Positions 17,289 to 26,234 of a stretch of 30,060 nucleotides of DNA are shown one piece after another. The notes under the pieces are model-generated. The model saw only the letters and a list, made by a program, of their open reading frames with translations, was not told the DNA's origin and did no database searches. This DNA comes from Caulobacteraceae bacterium (GTDB lineage: Bacteria; Pseudomonadota; Alphaproteobacteria; Caulobacterales; Caulobacteraceae), in assembly GCA_030151985.1 (NCBI GenBank), contig JASLDZ010000342.1, forward strand, positions 1 to 30,060, in the 5' to 3' direction. Both the position numbers and the translations under genes were made by a program. Positions within the stretch are counted from its first letter, which is position 1, and each line of letters starts with the position of its first letter.

Positions 17289-20200
17289 GCCGTCGGCCCC
17301 GCCGCGTGGCCTGCCATGCCCAGCCAGTACGACCGGTGGTCATGGGTGAAGAAGATCGGCACGACGTCGCCGGTAGCTGGGATCGACACCTTGGCGACGA
17401 CGCCTTTGACCCAGGGCTTGCCGTCCGCCCCCAAGATCGTTCGTGGCTCGCAGGTCGCAAGCAGGGCGTCGGTGACTTGCTGCCGGCTGATCGCACGGCC
17501 ATAGCGATCGTGGTTGAGGTGGGAGAGAATCAGCAGGTTCCCCGCATTCCGCGCGCCTCCCGCGATAACCTTGTCGGGGTGGTGCGCCTCGACCATCTTC
17601 TGCCTGTTCTCCTGGAACTCCGCATAGCTGCCAGCTGGGCTCAGCTCGGTGGGCCCGGCCGCCGCGAGGGCGATCTGGCAGTGCCAGGCGTAGTGGTCCT
17701 CTTTGAGCTGGCGCCTCTGGACGTCCTCGTCGATCACCTGCGGCCGCGGGGGCGAGGATGGCTTGCTCCTTGGCCGGACCTTTCCCGTCCCGCCCGTCCA
17801 AAGCGGGCCTGGGCTCGGCTTGTTCTTCGAGAGGTCCGGTTCGGCGTCGGGATGGCGATGGGTGGACTCCGCCGGGTCGTCGTCGCCGCCAATCGCCGCG
17901 TTGTCGGGGTCCTCGTCCGGATCGACCTCTGAGGCGTGGTGGGGCTGGTGGAACTCGTGGACCCGTACCTCGATCGCCGCCCGCAGAACCAGCGGCAGGT
18001 AACGATGCTTCTCGGTGAAGATCAGGTCCGCGACCGCGCCAAAGAAGGCCGACTCGAGGTCCTGGCCGTCCTCGAGCCAGAACTCCCCGGCGTCCGCAGC
18101 GACCGCCCAGGCCGACCTTGAATAGTAGCTGCGGCGTCGGATGCGGTATTCGGCGCGAAGTCCCGCCCCGACCCGTACCCGCACGATGGCTGCCAGCTTG
18201 TTCTGCCACCGCGGCTCCAGGAGGTCCCCGCGGACATCGAATTCCTTGAGTTGCTTCCGCAGCTGCTTGGCGGTCGTGTCGGACTTCAGGGCGGCCAGCA
18301 AGCGCCCCAGCTGCGGCGGGGCGGTCACCTCCTGGTCGCAGCGCATCCCATGGGGACCGGTCGCTGTGGCGCGAAGGCCCGGGATGCCAATGGCCTTGAG
18401 CTCGTCTGCAACCGGGGTCGTGCTGGTCTTGGCCGCATCGATCGCGAGCAGCACGGGAGGGTTGGCGCCAGCGTTGCGCAATTCGTCGGCGAGTTGGGGG
18501 AAGTCATCGACGACCGCCCGCTTCACCGCCTGCGAGACGGTTAGCAGCGCTGCGCCGCCGCCGTCCTCGACCGGGATCGCCGCGACCTCGGGCGGTGTCA
18601 GCCACCAGGACGTCACAGCCCTGCCGTGCGCGATGTGGCGGATGACCTGGGGAACGTGCTCGGCGACCACCGCGGGGGCCTGGGAGGAAAGCCACTCGAA
18701 GAAGGCGCGCGAGGTCCGCGGCTCCGGGAAACTGCGGATGACGCCGGCGTCGCGATAGAGGTCCTGGACATCGTCGGGCAAGGACTTGCCGCTGATGACG
18801 GTCTTCCACCGACCCCAGTAGTCGCCAGCGTTACCCTTGAACGCAAGGTCGCGCGGAGCCAGCAACGCGCCCGCATGCGGGATGCATGGTACGTCCTCGA
18901 CCGACCGGCGCGAGGCCCGATCGGCTGTGGCCCGCGCGATAGCCCGTAGTCGAGGCAGCAGCGCTTCCGAGTTGCCCGGATCCCTACGAAGTGCAGTAGC
19001 GACAACCTGCCAGGACGGCCCGGCGAGCGGCGGCAGCACGCGGTCAAGGGCCAAGGCAGGCCGGTCGAGAAGGTGGTCCGGCGGCAACGCCAGCTTCTGG
19101 ATGTCCGGCGTGCTCCGCACGAGGTCTCCCAGGGGGCGCAACCGACCCTCCTGGTCCAGCGCCCGTGCTTCCCCGGCAAGCCGCCTCAGCGCGGCGGCGA
19201 GCCGGCCCTCATGGCCAAAGGCCAGGAGCTCATTCTCGAACGCGTGGAACCTGATCCGTTCCACAGGTGTGAGCGCGTCGACCTGGTCAAATGTCCCTAG
19301 CCGCGCCCGGTAGTGGGCCTCGACCTCCTCGGGCGAAGGTTCCTCGCGCACCCGAAGGCGAACCCGCTGGGAATCGACGGCCTTGCAGATCCGCAGGACG
19401 TCACGCACCGGCCGAAGCAAGTTTTCGGAGAGGATGGCCGCGACTGCGCTGTCTCGAGGCTTGCACAGCTGGTCCAGCGGCACGAGTTGTCCCGAGGTCG
19501 CGGCCCAGATTGGGAGCGACTTAAGGGCAGTCCAGTCGTCCCTGCCTGGCTCGCCTGGATTTGCCGCCAGCCAGGCCAGGAACCGCCTTCTAGCAGCCAG
19601 ACTCAGGTCCTCGATGGCGCCTGACGCGAGGAGGTCCGAGAAGCCAAAGGGCTCGGGCACCCAGCCCTGGAGGCGGAAGACCGGGTGGTCCTTGAGCTTG
19701 GGATGAAGGCTAGGTGGTGGATCGACGTCCAGCAGGCCCGCCGGGAGGGATACGCCGCGCTTCAGCTGCTCGAAGGCATGCAGCACGCCCGACGTGTCGG
19801 GCAGGTGCACGCCCGTCGCGGGCGCCCGCTTTGCGGGATCGGCGGCGGCAAGCGCGGGTTGCAGGGCGTCGAGCTGCGCATATGCGAGCGTTGGGTCGGC
19901 TAGGGACCGGCGCCAATCTGAGTCGCTTGCCCATGGAAAGAACTTGGCGTCGTGCTTGCGCAGGCGATCGAGGACATCGTCCTCGTCGAAGCGGAGGTGG
20001 TCCTCCCCCCAGCTCGGGAGGTGCTTGTCACCCAGCAGTCCAACGATCCGGGCAGGTGTGCGAGGGTCCAGGACCGCCGTCCCCACGGGGCACACGCGCG
20101 CAAGCTTCTTCGACCAGGTCGACGTGGCGGCAACGTACACAGGCACGGCAAGGCGCTTGCCCTTCTTGTGGCCGGTCGCCTTGCCATCGCGATCGACCAC

Positions 20201-21451
20201 CGGGAGGGCTCGCTCGCGCAACAGGGTGCCCACGATCGCCTCCAGGCGTTCGTTGCTCGAGCCCTCCGCGACGAGCTTCAATGCGTCTGGGCCGTAGCGG
20301 GGCAGCAAGTGCCGCGACAGCGCCGAGGCCACCAGCTCGTCGCAGGCACCTATGAGCTGGTCATTCCAAGCCTTCGACTGGGCGCCGAGCTCGTGGCGCT
20401 CGGCGTCGGAGCGAAAGGGGGCCGAGTAGCAGAAGGCGAAGCCGCTGGTCGCTCCGGCGCCATCGCCATAGTAGGAAACCGGGTAGCGAAGCTTGCCGAG
20501 CGTGGGAAGGGGCTTGCCCTTCTCGCTTGTCGCGCACGCCACCTCGAGGACGAGGCCAGCCTTGCCAAGCGGCGCCTTCGCGTCATGTCCCCTGTAGCTG
20601 GAGGCCCGGAAGAAGGCGGCGTGGTCTTCCTCTCTCCCAAGGTCGGAGGCCTTTGCGAAGGCGCGCTCGTAGGTGCTGGCTCCTGGCAACCCTTCGTCCG
20701 CAAGGACCTCGCAACTACGCGAGAACTGCAGGACGCCCTTCTCTACGGACCATCGCCCGCACTTGAACGTCAGGGTGGCGGTGCCGAGCCGGTGGTGGCT
20801 GAGGCGCAGGACATATCCCTCAAGGACGACTGGCCGGATGACGCCAAGCAGGCGTCTAGGAAAGTCCCGCACTCCTTCGAGGAACGTGGCCTGGAGCACC
20901 TCGTCCGTAGCGGCCGGGAATTCAAACGGTTCTCCGTCAGGCGCGCGAAACGGCGCCCGGCGGTAGTAGACCTCGATCGAGGCCCCTTCGGCGGGCGCGC
21001 CCGGATCTGCGATGGGGAGGCGGCGAACGCCAGGGTAGGCGGGTTGGTCCTTGCCCTGCGCGAAGAGGGTCTGGAGGATCTGTTGTCCCGCCGACCTCAC
21101 CACGATGTCGTCGCCGATCGTGAAGCACGCTTTCAGCCCGTGGTTCTTGACGCCGAACAGTCCCTTTTTCGCCGGCGCCTTTCGACCAGCACCGCGCAGG
21201 AGCCTGAGGCGCTTCCACCCGTCCTCGTCCACGGCTCGCCCGTTGCCGGTGCAGACGAGCCGGTCGGGGTGGAACGATATCTCGGTCCGCGTGGCGCCCG
21301 CGTCTAGGTCGTTGACGATGAGCTCGATCAGAAGGTCATCGCCGGCGAGGCCGTTCAGGAACTGCCAGAATTCTGGGGCGTCATCAGTCTCGAGTGCGAA
21401 GGTTACGTCTTTCGGCCCGACTACCGGTGCTTCGCTGACGATTGGGGCCAT
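17285..21451 (-). CDS. large GHKL (sacsin-like) ATPase fused to C-terminal HNH-like nuclease (~1390 aa)
   Basis: N-terminal LIELIVNDLDAGA, GNG and GLFGVKNHGLKACF are GHKL-like; C-terminal HCQIA...EAHH...GGARNAGNLLILSHLNH is HNH-like. Start is uncertain (21451, 21460 or 21484); AGGA precedes 21451. Confidence 0.72.
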   Translation of the reverse strand: MAPIVSEAPVVGPKDVTFALETDDAPEFWQFLNGLAGDDLLIELIVNDLDAGATRTEISFHPDRLVCTGNGRAVDEDGWKRLRLLRGAGRKAPAKKGLFGVKNHGLKACFTIGDDIVVRSAGQQILQTLFAQGKDQPAYPGVRRLPIADPGAPAEGASIEVYYRRAPFRAPDGEPFEFPAATDEVLQATFLEGVRDFPRRLLGVIRPVVLEGYVLRLSHHRLGTATLTFKCGRWSVEKGVLQFSRSCEVLADEGLPGASTYERAFAKASDLGREEDHAAFFRASSYRGHDAKAPLGKAGLVLEVACATSEKGKPLPTLGKLRYPVSYYGDGAGATSGFAFCYSAPFRSDAERHELGAQSKAWNDQLIGACDELVASALSRHLLPRYGPDALKLVAEGSSNERLEAIVGTLLRERALPVVDRDGKATGHKKGKRLAVPVYVAATSTWSKKLARVCPVGTAVLDPRTPARIVGLLGDKHLPSWGEDHLRFDEDDVLDRLRKHDAKFFPWASDSDWRRSLADPTLAYAQLDALQPALAAADPAKRAPATGVHLPDTSGVLHAFEQLKRGVSLPAGLLDVDPPPSLHPKLKDHPVFRLQGWVPEPFGFSDLLASGAIEDLSLAARRRFLAWLAANPGEPGRDDWTALKSLPIWAATSGQLVPLDQLCKPRDSAVAAILSENLLRPVRDVLRICKAVDSQRVRLRVREEPSPEEVEAHYRARLGTFDQVDALTPVERIRFHAFENELLAFGHEGRLAAALRRLAGEARALDQEGRLRPLGDLVRSTPDIQKLALPPDHLLDRPALALDRVLPPLAGPSWQVVATALRRDPGNSEALLPRLRAIARATADRASRRSVEDVPCIPHAGALLAPRDLAFKGNAGDYWGRWKTVISGKSLPDDVQDLYRDAGVIRSFPEPRTSRAFFEWLSSQAPAVVAEHVPQVIRHIAHGRAVTSWWLTPPEVAAIPVEDGGGAALLTVSQAVKRAVVDDFPQLADELRNAGANPPVLLAIDAAKTSTTPVADELKAIGIPGLRATATGPHGMRCDQEVTAPPQLGRLLAALKSDTTAKQLRKQLKEFDVRGDLLEPRWQNKLAAIVRVRVGAGLRAEYRIRRRSYYSRSAWAVAADAGEFWLEDGQDLESAFFGAVADLIFTEKHRYLPLVLRAAIEVRVHEFHQPHHASEVDPDEDPDNAAIGGDDDPAESTHRHPDAEPDLSKNKPSPGPLWTGGTGKVRPRSKPSSPPRPQVIDEDVQRRQLKEDHYAWHCQIALAAAGPTELSPAGSYAEFQENRQKMVEAHHPDKVIAGGARNAGNLLILSHLNHDRYGRAISRQQVTDALLATCEPRTILGADGKPWVKGVVAKVSIPATGDVVPIFFTHDHRSYWLGMAGHAAGPTA

Positions 21452-21835
21452 GCTGCTCATCCTACAATGTTCGGTGCAGATCACGAGGCGGACGGGAAAC
21501 CTGCCTCAGGCGACGACGAATGCCGGTGGGGCTTGTCCCAGCCAGAGACCCGACCGTCCCAAGCTTGAACATTTTTCATTTGCCGCTGCAGCTCGGTCCC
21601 GGAATGCGGCGGGGAGCACTGCCCCTTGTTATAGAGCCTCTGAGCGTTCCCTGCTGCGCCGAAGCACTTACGGAACAGGTGCTTACGCGAGTCACTCAGG
21701 CCGGAGTGACGCGGCAGGCGACATTCTATGCCGCCCAGAGCGTCAGTGGTCAGCGGCTTGCAGCTGCAGGATAACCTTTGATGGGCCTGGCAAGCCACGT
21801 GCACGACCCTCCGCATCCTCAGCGGAGAGCCAGCA

Positions 21836-22963
21836 ATGCGTAGTGAGCGCGTCACAACGGCGACATCACCTGCCTCAGATCAGCATTCTGAGGCGCTTCG
21901 TAAGGCGCATCCGTCCGCCGCGCCTATCGAAGCCCTAAAGCGGGCTGGCTCCCGCGCCCTGCTCCGTGACCTCGCCTACAGCTGGATTCACGATATTGAT
22001 GAACTTAAGTCAATTGACGAGATAAGTGGTCAGACGGAACGCACGTATCGCAATACGTGCCTTCGCTACATACTCGGATATTCGCCTCTTGGCGGCGCGA
22101 CTGATCGAACACATGAGGGTAAATTCTTCAACGGCGCAATACCTCATCTGACGATCGCCCAAGCAAATGATGAGATTGTTGCGGAGCGTCTCTACCGCGA
22201 GGTTATGAAGCTGGGATATTCGCGGGGTACGGCCAGAGCAGCGCGCACTGTTCTCGGGCGCATGGTGACGTATGCAAAGAAGCATCGCATCATAGAGCGC
22301 AACAATATCAAATTCCTTCAAATAAAACATAGCCGTGCTGCGGAGGAGGAGCTACGGGCCGTAGTTCCGGAGCCCGAGCATGTCGCAGCTCTGCTAAGAG
22401 CCATCGAGCCGCGAGACGACCTGATGATACGGTTTGCGCTGCTTAGCGGGCTGAGGACTTCAGAGCAGCGAGCTCTAAGATGGTCGGATCTCAACGAGAC
22501 AGAAGGTTTTGTCACGGTTACTAGATCGATGAGTGCAAATGATGGGATGACACGTGTCAAGTCGATGAGCTCCCGGAGAAGCGTACCGATAGCCGCGTCA
22601 TTGCTCAAACAGCTCCGAGCGGTGAGGGAAGAAAGGATGGCCTTCTCGTCAGCGCTCATCTTCCCCAGTGAACGTGGTACCCCCCTTAACCATGCCAACG
22701 TTCACGTGCGGCTTTGGAAGCCGGCGTGGGAAAGGGCTACAGCAGAATGGAGCCGGCGAGAACCATTGGTACCCTTCACCTGGCACCAGATGCGCCACTT
22801 TGCAGTGGCGTGCTGGATACGACATGGTGCGAATCATATGCAAGTGATGACTTGGGCTGGGCACAAGAACATCCAGACCACCTTGAATCTGTATGGTCAT
22901 CTCTTTCGGCAGAGCGATCCTACAGGTGTGATGGACGCCGCAGCCGGCGAGATCACCGGCTGA
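21836..22963 (+). CDS. second tyrosine recombinase/integrase
   Basis: SGLRTSEQRALRWSD, VKS..SRRSVPI, HQMRH, WAGH and LYGHL give the full R-K-H-R-H-Y set. AT-richer codon usage; start uncertain. Confidence 0.9.
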   Translation: MRSERVTTATSPASDQHSEALRKAHPSAAPIEALKRAGSRALLRDLAYSWIHDIDELKSIDEISGQTERTYRNTCLRYILGYSPLGGATDRTHEGKFFNGAIPHLTIAQANDEIVAERLYREVMKLGYSRGTARAARTVLGRMVTYAKKHRIIERNNIKFLQIKHSRAAEEELRAVVPEPEHVAALLRAIEPRDDLMIRFALLSGLRTSEQRALRWSDLNETEGFVTVTRSMSANDGMTRVKSMSSRRSVPIAASLLKQLRAVREERMAFSSALIFPSERGTPLNHANVHVRLWKPAWERATAEWSRREPLVPFTWHQMRHFAVACWIRHGANHMQVMTWAGHKNIQTTLNLYGHLFRQSDPTGVMDAAAGEITG

Positions 22964-23055
22964 AATTAGGCCATGACGACGAGGAAAAAGGAGTTGATCT
23001 TCTCGGCGGTGGCTCCTGCGCAATCAGCGCAAGGCAGGAACAGCCCAGACTAGGA

Positions 23056-23346
23056 TCAGTCCTTCAGCCCTCGCTCGTCGGCCCGTGCATCCGACACCCT
23101 GAGGCTCCATCCGCCTTGCTCCGCTACTAGGGAACACGCGTCCGCCTGAAAGGCTAGCATCAGGGCCTGCCACGTGGCGCGATTTAGGCGACCCGCGCCC
23201 TCCGCCTCGGCGCGCCTGATCGTGCTGACGGCAACGCCACTCCGCTGAGCCAGCTCCTGAATACTAATCCCGATCGCCGCTCTTGCGGCGCGGAGGAGCG
23301 CTGCCGGCGGGCGCGCCTCCGTTGCTGCGACAAGCGACTTGACCAA
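23056..23346 (-). CDS. XRE/Cro-C1 family helix-turn-helix regulator
   Basis: LRAARAAIGISIQELAQRSGVAVSTIRRAE; TTG start preceded by GGAGAGGG. Confidence 0.8.
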   Translation of the reverse strand: MVKSLVAATEARPPAALLRAARAAIGISIQELAQRSGVAVSTIRRAEAEGAGRLNRATWQALMLAFQADACSLVAEQGGWSLRVSDARADERGLKD

Positions 23347-23408
23347 CCGCCCTCTCCAAGATAGCTCAAAAGAGCAAAAAACGTTCGTTTGAGCGATGGG
23401 AGCTCATC

Positions 23409-23960
23409 ATGGTTTCTGCCTTTGAGGGCTATCAGATTCGGGAAGCCCGCACGATCTTGGATCGACCCCATGAGCTTCCCGCAGCTGGGGGTCTCTACGC
23501 GTTCGGAGTTGAAGATCGATCGCCGTTCTGTGCCCTCCTGCTGAAGAGAGGATTAGGCTTAGGCAGTCTTAGGCTGGGTACGCACCCCCTGATCTATCTG
23601 GGAGCGTCGGACGAGTCGCTGCGCCGACGCATCCGAGTGCATTTCAAGTCCGATACCCAAGGCTCTGATTTCCGGATCAGCTTGAGCGCCGTCCTGGCTG
23701 AACACTTGGAGCTTAAGCGTGAACTTGGCGGACATCCTCCGACCCGGCTCGGGAAGGCTGGCGAGGCCCGTCTGACCAAGTGGATGTTCGAAACGCTCAA
23801 AATTGTTTTCTGTGAGGTTCGACGGCCGAAGGCGGTGGAGAGCGAGCTTATCCAGAACGGGCAACCAAGCCTGAATATCTCGGGACGCCGTGCAACACCG
23901 GGTGGGCGCCACCTGCTTGCCCTGCGCCGCCACTGGATTGCGACGTCCATTCAGGATTGA
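23409..23960 (+). CDS. GIY-YIG superfamily nuclease
   Basis: GLY...IYLG motif pair, SLRRRIRVH, VESELI and PSLN follow the Y,Y,R,H,E,N catalytic pattern. Confidence 0.75.
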   Translation: MVSAFEGYQIREARTILDRPHELPAAGGLYAFGVEDRSPFCALLLKRGLGLGSLRLGTHPLIYLGASDESLRRRIRVHFKSDTQGSDFRISLSAVLAEHLELKRELGGHPPTRLGKAGEARLTKWMFETLKIVFCEVRRPKAVESELIQNGQPSLNISGRRATPGGRHLLALRRHWIATSIQD

Positions 23961-24176
23961 GATCCGGCCCCGATGCCGACAGGAGGAATGTCTTGAACGA
24001 TGGTCCTGAAAGCGCTGGCGTCTTCGTAGGAGCGAGGGGGCGCGCTCAAGCTGGGATCGTAGGCCGCCGGTGGGGTGGGGGCGAGGCGAAGGCGCGCCTC
24101 GTGCGTCTGAATAGCGGCCCCAGCGGCTCGCCGCTCCCATGGCGGTGACGTCTCGGTTGGGGCGCTGGAGGGCGGC

Positions 24177-24488
24177 TTGGATGGCGAAGCATTCCGAGTA
24201 GTGGGCACTGTCAGAGACGTCCACTTCGTCGAGGAGGGAGGCCTACATCCCGTTCGTTGGTGGAATCGCAAACCCGTTCGGCTCGCCCTCCATCCGGACG
24301 CCAGTCACGTAGCAGTTCTGGTGAACGGCCTCATCTGGTTCGTAGGTGATATCATTCCGCGCGATCAAGGATGTCCTGGCGACGGGTTCATGCGCTTCGG
24401 TCCCGCCTTTTTGACTTTGCACAACGAGCAACGGCCAACCCCTCCTGGTCCAGAAACGCGGCTCCCGCCGACCACCTGCTCGGATTAG
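24177..24488 (+). CDS. hypothetical protein
   Basis: TTG start after GGAGG and globular-looking composition; no recognisable motif. Confidence 0.35.
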   Translation: MDGEAFRVVGTVRDVHFVEEGGLHPVRWWNRKPVRLALHPDASHVAVLVNGLIWFVGDIIPRDQGCPGDGFMRFGPAFLTLHNEQRPTPPGPETRLPPTTCSD

Positions 24489-24883
24489 GTTGCCCCTCTA
24501 TGTAGCTCAGGACCCTCCTCGGGACTCGGCTTCCGTTCGTGGTGGCTGTGTAGCAGCAGCAAGACGGCGCTAAGCGTCCGTGCCAGTGAGTGCTCTTCGG
24601 CCATCGCTCTCCACGTGGGATTGAACTGACCTGCCGCTCGCTCCGTCGCGTGCCAGCGGGCGGCTCGCATCCGAGCGCTGCATACTCCTTCTATTGTCGC
24701 GCCGAGCGGCCGGGGGCGGCGCGATAGCCGCGTGGCATCAGCCGGCCTGACGCATTCACACCGGTCATTTTCCGGCTGCTATGATCAAGGCGCGTATCGA
24801 TGCCTTGGAGGAAGTGTCATTTCTTGCCGGCTCAGCGCTGCGAAACAGATTGCCAGCGCGTCTCCGATGCTCGGTGATCGAGA

Positions 24884-24905
24884 GGGTCCACTTGGGGTCC
24901 ACAAA
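24884..24905 (+). repeat. GGGTCCACTTG-GGGTCCACAAA tandem, putative arm-type sites at the right end
   Basis: Same motif, 11-bp period and orientation as 4363-4384; ~80 bp inside attR. Confidence 0.7.
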
Positions 24906-24985
24906 TGGATGGCACTGACGAGCTCAGAATGGCGGCAATCCCTTGCTGTACAAGGATCTTGACCAAATGATCAAGCCGGGCCTAC

Positions 24986-25005
24986 CGAGTCCTGCCGGGC
25001 CTACC
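24986..25005 (+). repeat. attR core CGAGTCCTGCCGGGCCTACC
   Basis: 19/20 identical to tRNA 4288-4307. Confidence 0.88.
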
Positions 25006-25089
25006 GGGAGCCGCTTCCGCAGAATGACTTGAACGTCTCTTGGCGTAGGCCACGGTCGGCAGGCGATCCGTGGCGGATACATCATGGCG

Positions 25090-25713
25090 CTATGGCCGTG
25101 GAGCCGCCTTCATTTCATCGTCAGTGGCGCGACGGACCTGGAAGATCGTTCCGCCGCTGAGCGGGTCTGGCGAGAACCGCACCGAGACGGCTACACGCTC
25201 ACCGCAGATCGTGGCTGGCCAAAGCTCCGTCCAAGTACCTTGTTTGTCGCGGGGCGCCGCGATTGCAACCGCTCCTAGCCGCAAGGACGAGGCCGCTTCC
25301 TGGGGGCTGCAATGGGCGTCATTCTTCACGAGTGTCTGAGCCGTAGGCATTGCGTCGAGCTGCAACTTTGGGCTCGCGATCGACTGGCCATCAAGCAAGC
25401 CAACCGCCCTCCACTCGCCAGCGCTAGTGCGAATGGCCAGGATATTGGGGAGGCGGACGTGGCCACATCCCTCAATTCGTAAATGCTCCAGAGACATATC
25501 AATAAAGTCGGCGCGGATGCCGGCTAGCGACTTGTCTTCGCCCCCGCCCAGGGAGGTTACAACGGCCGCAGCGCACGGATGACCCGTCATCTGCCCATCG
25601 AAGGTGATTGTTTTCTGTGCAAGCCAATCGGAATAGGCGGCTGGACTTGGCCCAACCAGCGCCGCCGGACGGCTTCCAAGCCCAATGACAGCTGCGGCGA
25701 TTGCTGCGATCAA
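25090..25713 (-). CDS. putative secreted hypothetical protein
   Basis: Hydrophobic N-terminus, four Cys, and C-terminal WTELW...CG...V.VRFSPD...GGT.FQV that reads like a real folded domain; lower GC than host genes. Confidence 0.65.
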   Translation of the reverse strand: MIAAIAAAVIGLGSRPAALVGPSPAAYSDWLAQKTITFDGQMTGHPCAAAVVTSLGGGEDKSLAGIRADFIDMSLEHLRIEGCGHVRLPNILAIRTSAGEWRAVGLLDGQSIASPKLQLDAMPTAQTLVKNDAHCSPQEAASSLRLGAVAIAAPRDKQGTWTELWPATICGERVAVSVRFSPDPLSGGTIFQVRRATDDEMKAAPRP

Positions 25714-25827
25714 AGTCGGCCCCCATCATCGTTGACGGCTTCCAGGATAACGGCAACCTTCGCCGGCTTCCAACCTATGGTTGGCGGAGCGGCGCTCGTC
25801 GTTCTTCCTCCCTCTTGCTTCCTCGTT

Positions 25828-26191
25828 AGCCCCAGCCCTGTGTTCGACGCGCCGCAGGCTCGTCGAACTTTCTTGAAGGGACGCCTCGCGTCCCGACCCT
25901 TTCAGGACGCCGTCGCGCGGAGGGCGGGTCAAGGCCGTAGAGCGGAGGCGTAGCCGGAGCGTGCCTTGACGCGGCCGAGCACGGCGGCAGGTTCACCACG
26001 CTGGGGCAGAGGCGCGTCTCAAGCGCTCCGGTCGGACGGCTGAGCGCCACCGTGCTCGGGCGCGTCAAGGGACGCTGCGCTCTTCGCCCTTGACCCGCCC
26101 TGCGCGCGGCGGCTGACCGGAAGGGTCGGGACGCAGGGCGTCCCTAAGAATTTCGACTTGCCTGCGGCGCGTCGAACACTGGGCTGGGGCT
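25828..26191. repeat. long imperfect inverted repeat (~160-bp and ~146-bp arms) made of internally structured units
   Basis: 25828-25859 versus the reverse complement of 26160-26191 match 31/32. Similarity continues inward to 25988/26046 around a ~57-nt spacer. Confidence 0.9.
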
Positions 26192-26234
26192 TCAGAGAAG
26201 AGAACGAAGTGGCGGGATGAGCCCGGCGCTCCGC

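Larger units (their letters stand above)
4288..25005. mobile_element. tRNA-integrated genomic (defence) island, ~20.7 kb
   Basis: Integrase immediately after the tRNA, a 19/20 direct repeat of the tRNA 3' end at 24986-25005, matching arm-type repeats inside both ends, and visibly lower GC than the flanks. Confidence 0.9.

Noticed and set aside
24485..24962. Short ORFs near the right island end
   Set aside because: No motifs and poorly placed RBS; the region includes arm-type repeats and is likely non-coding.
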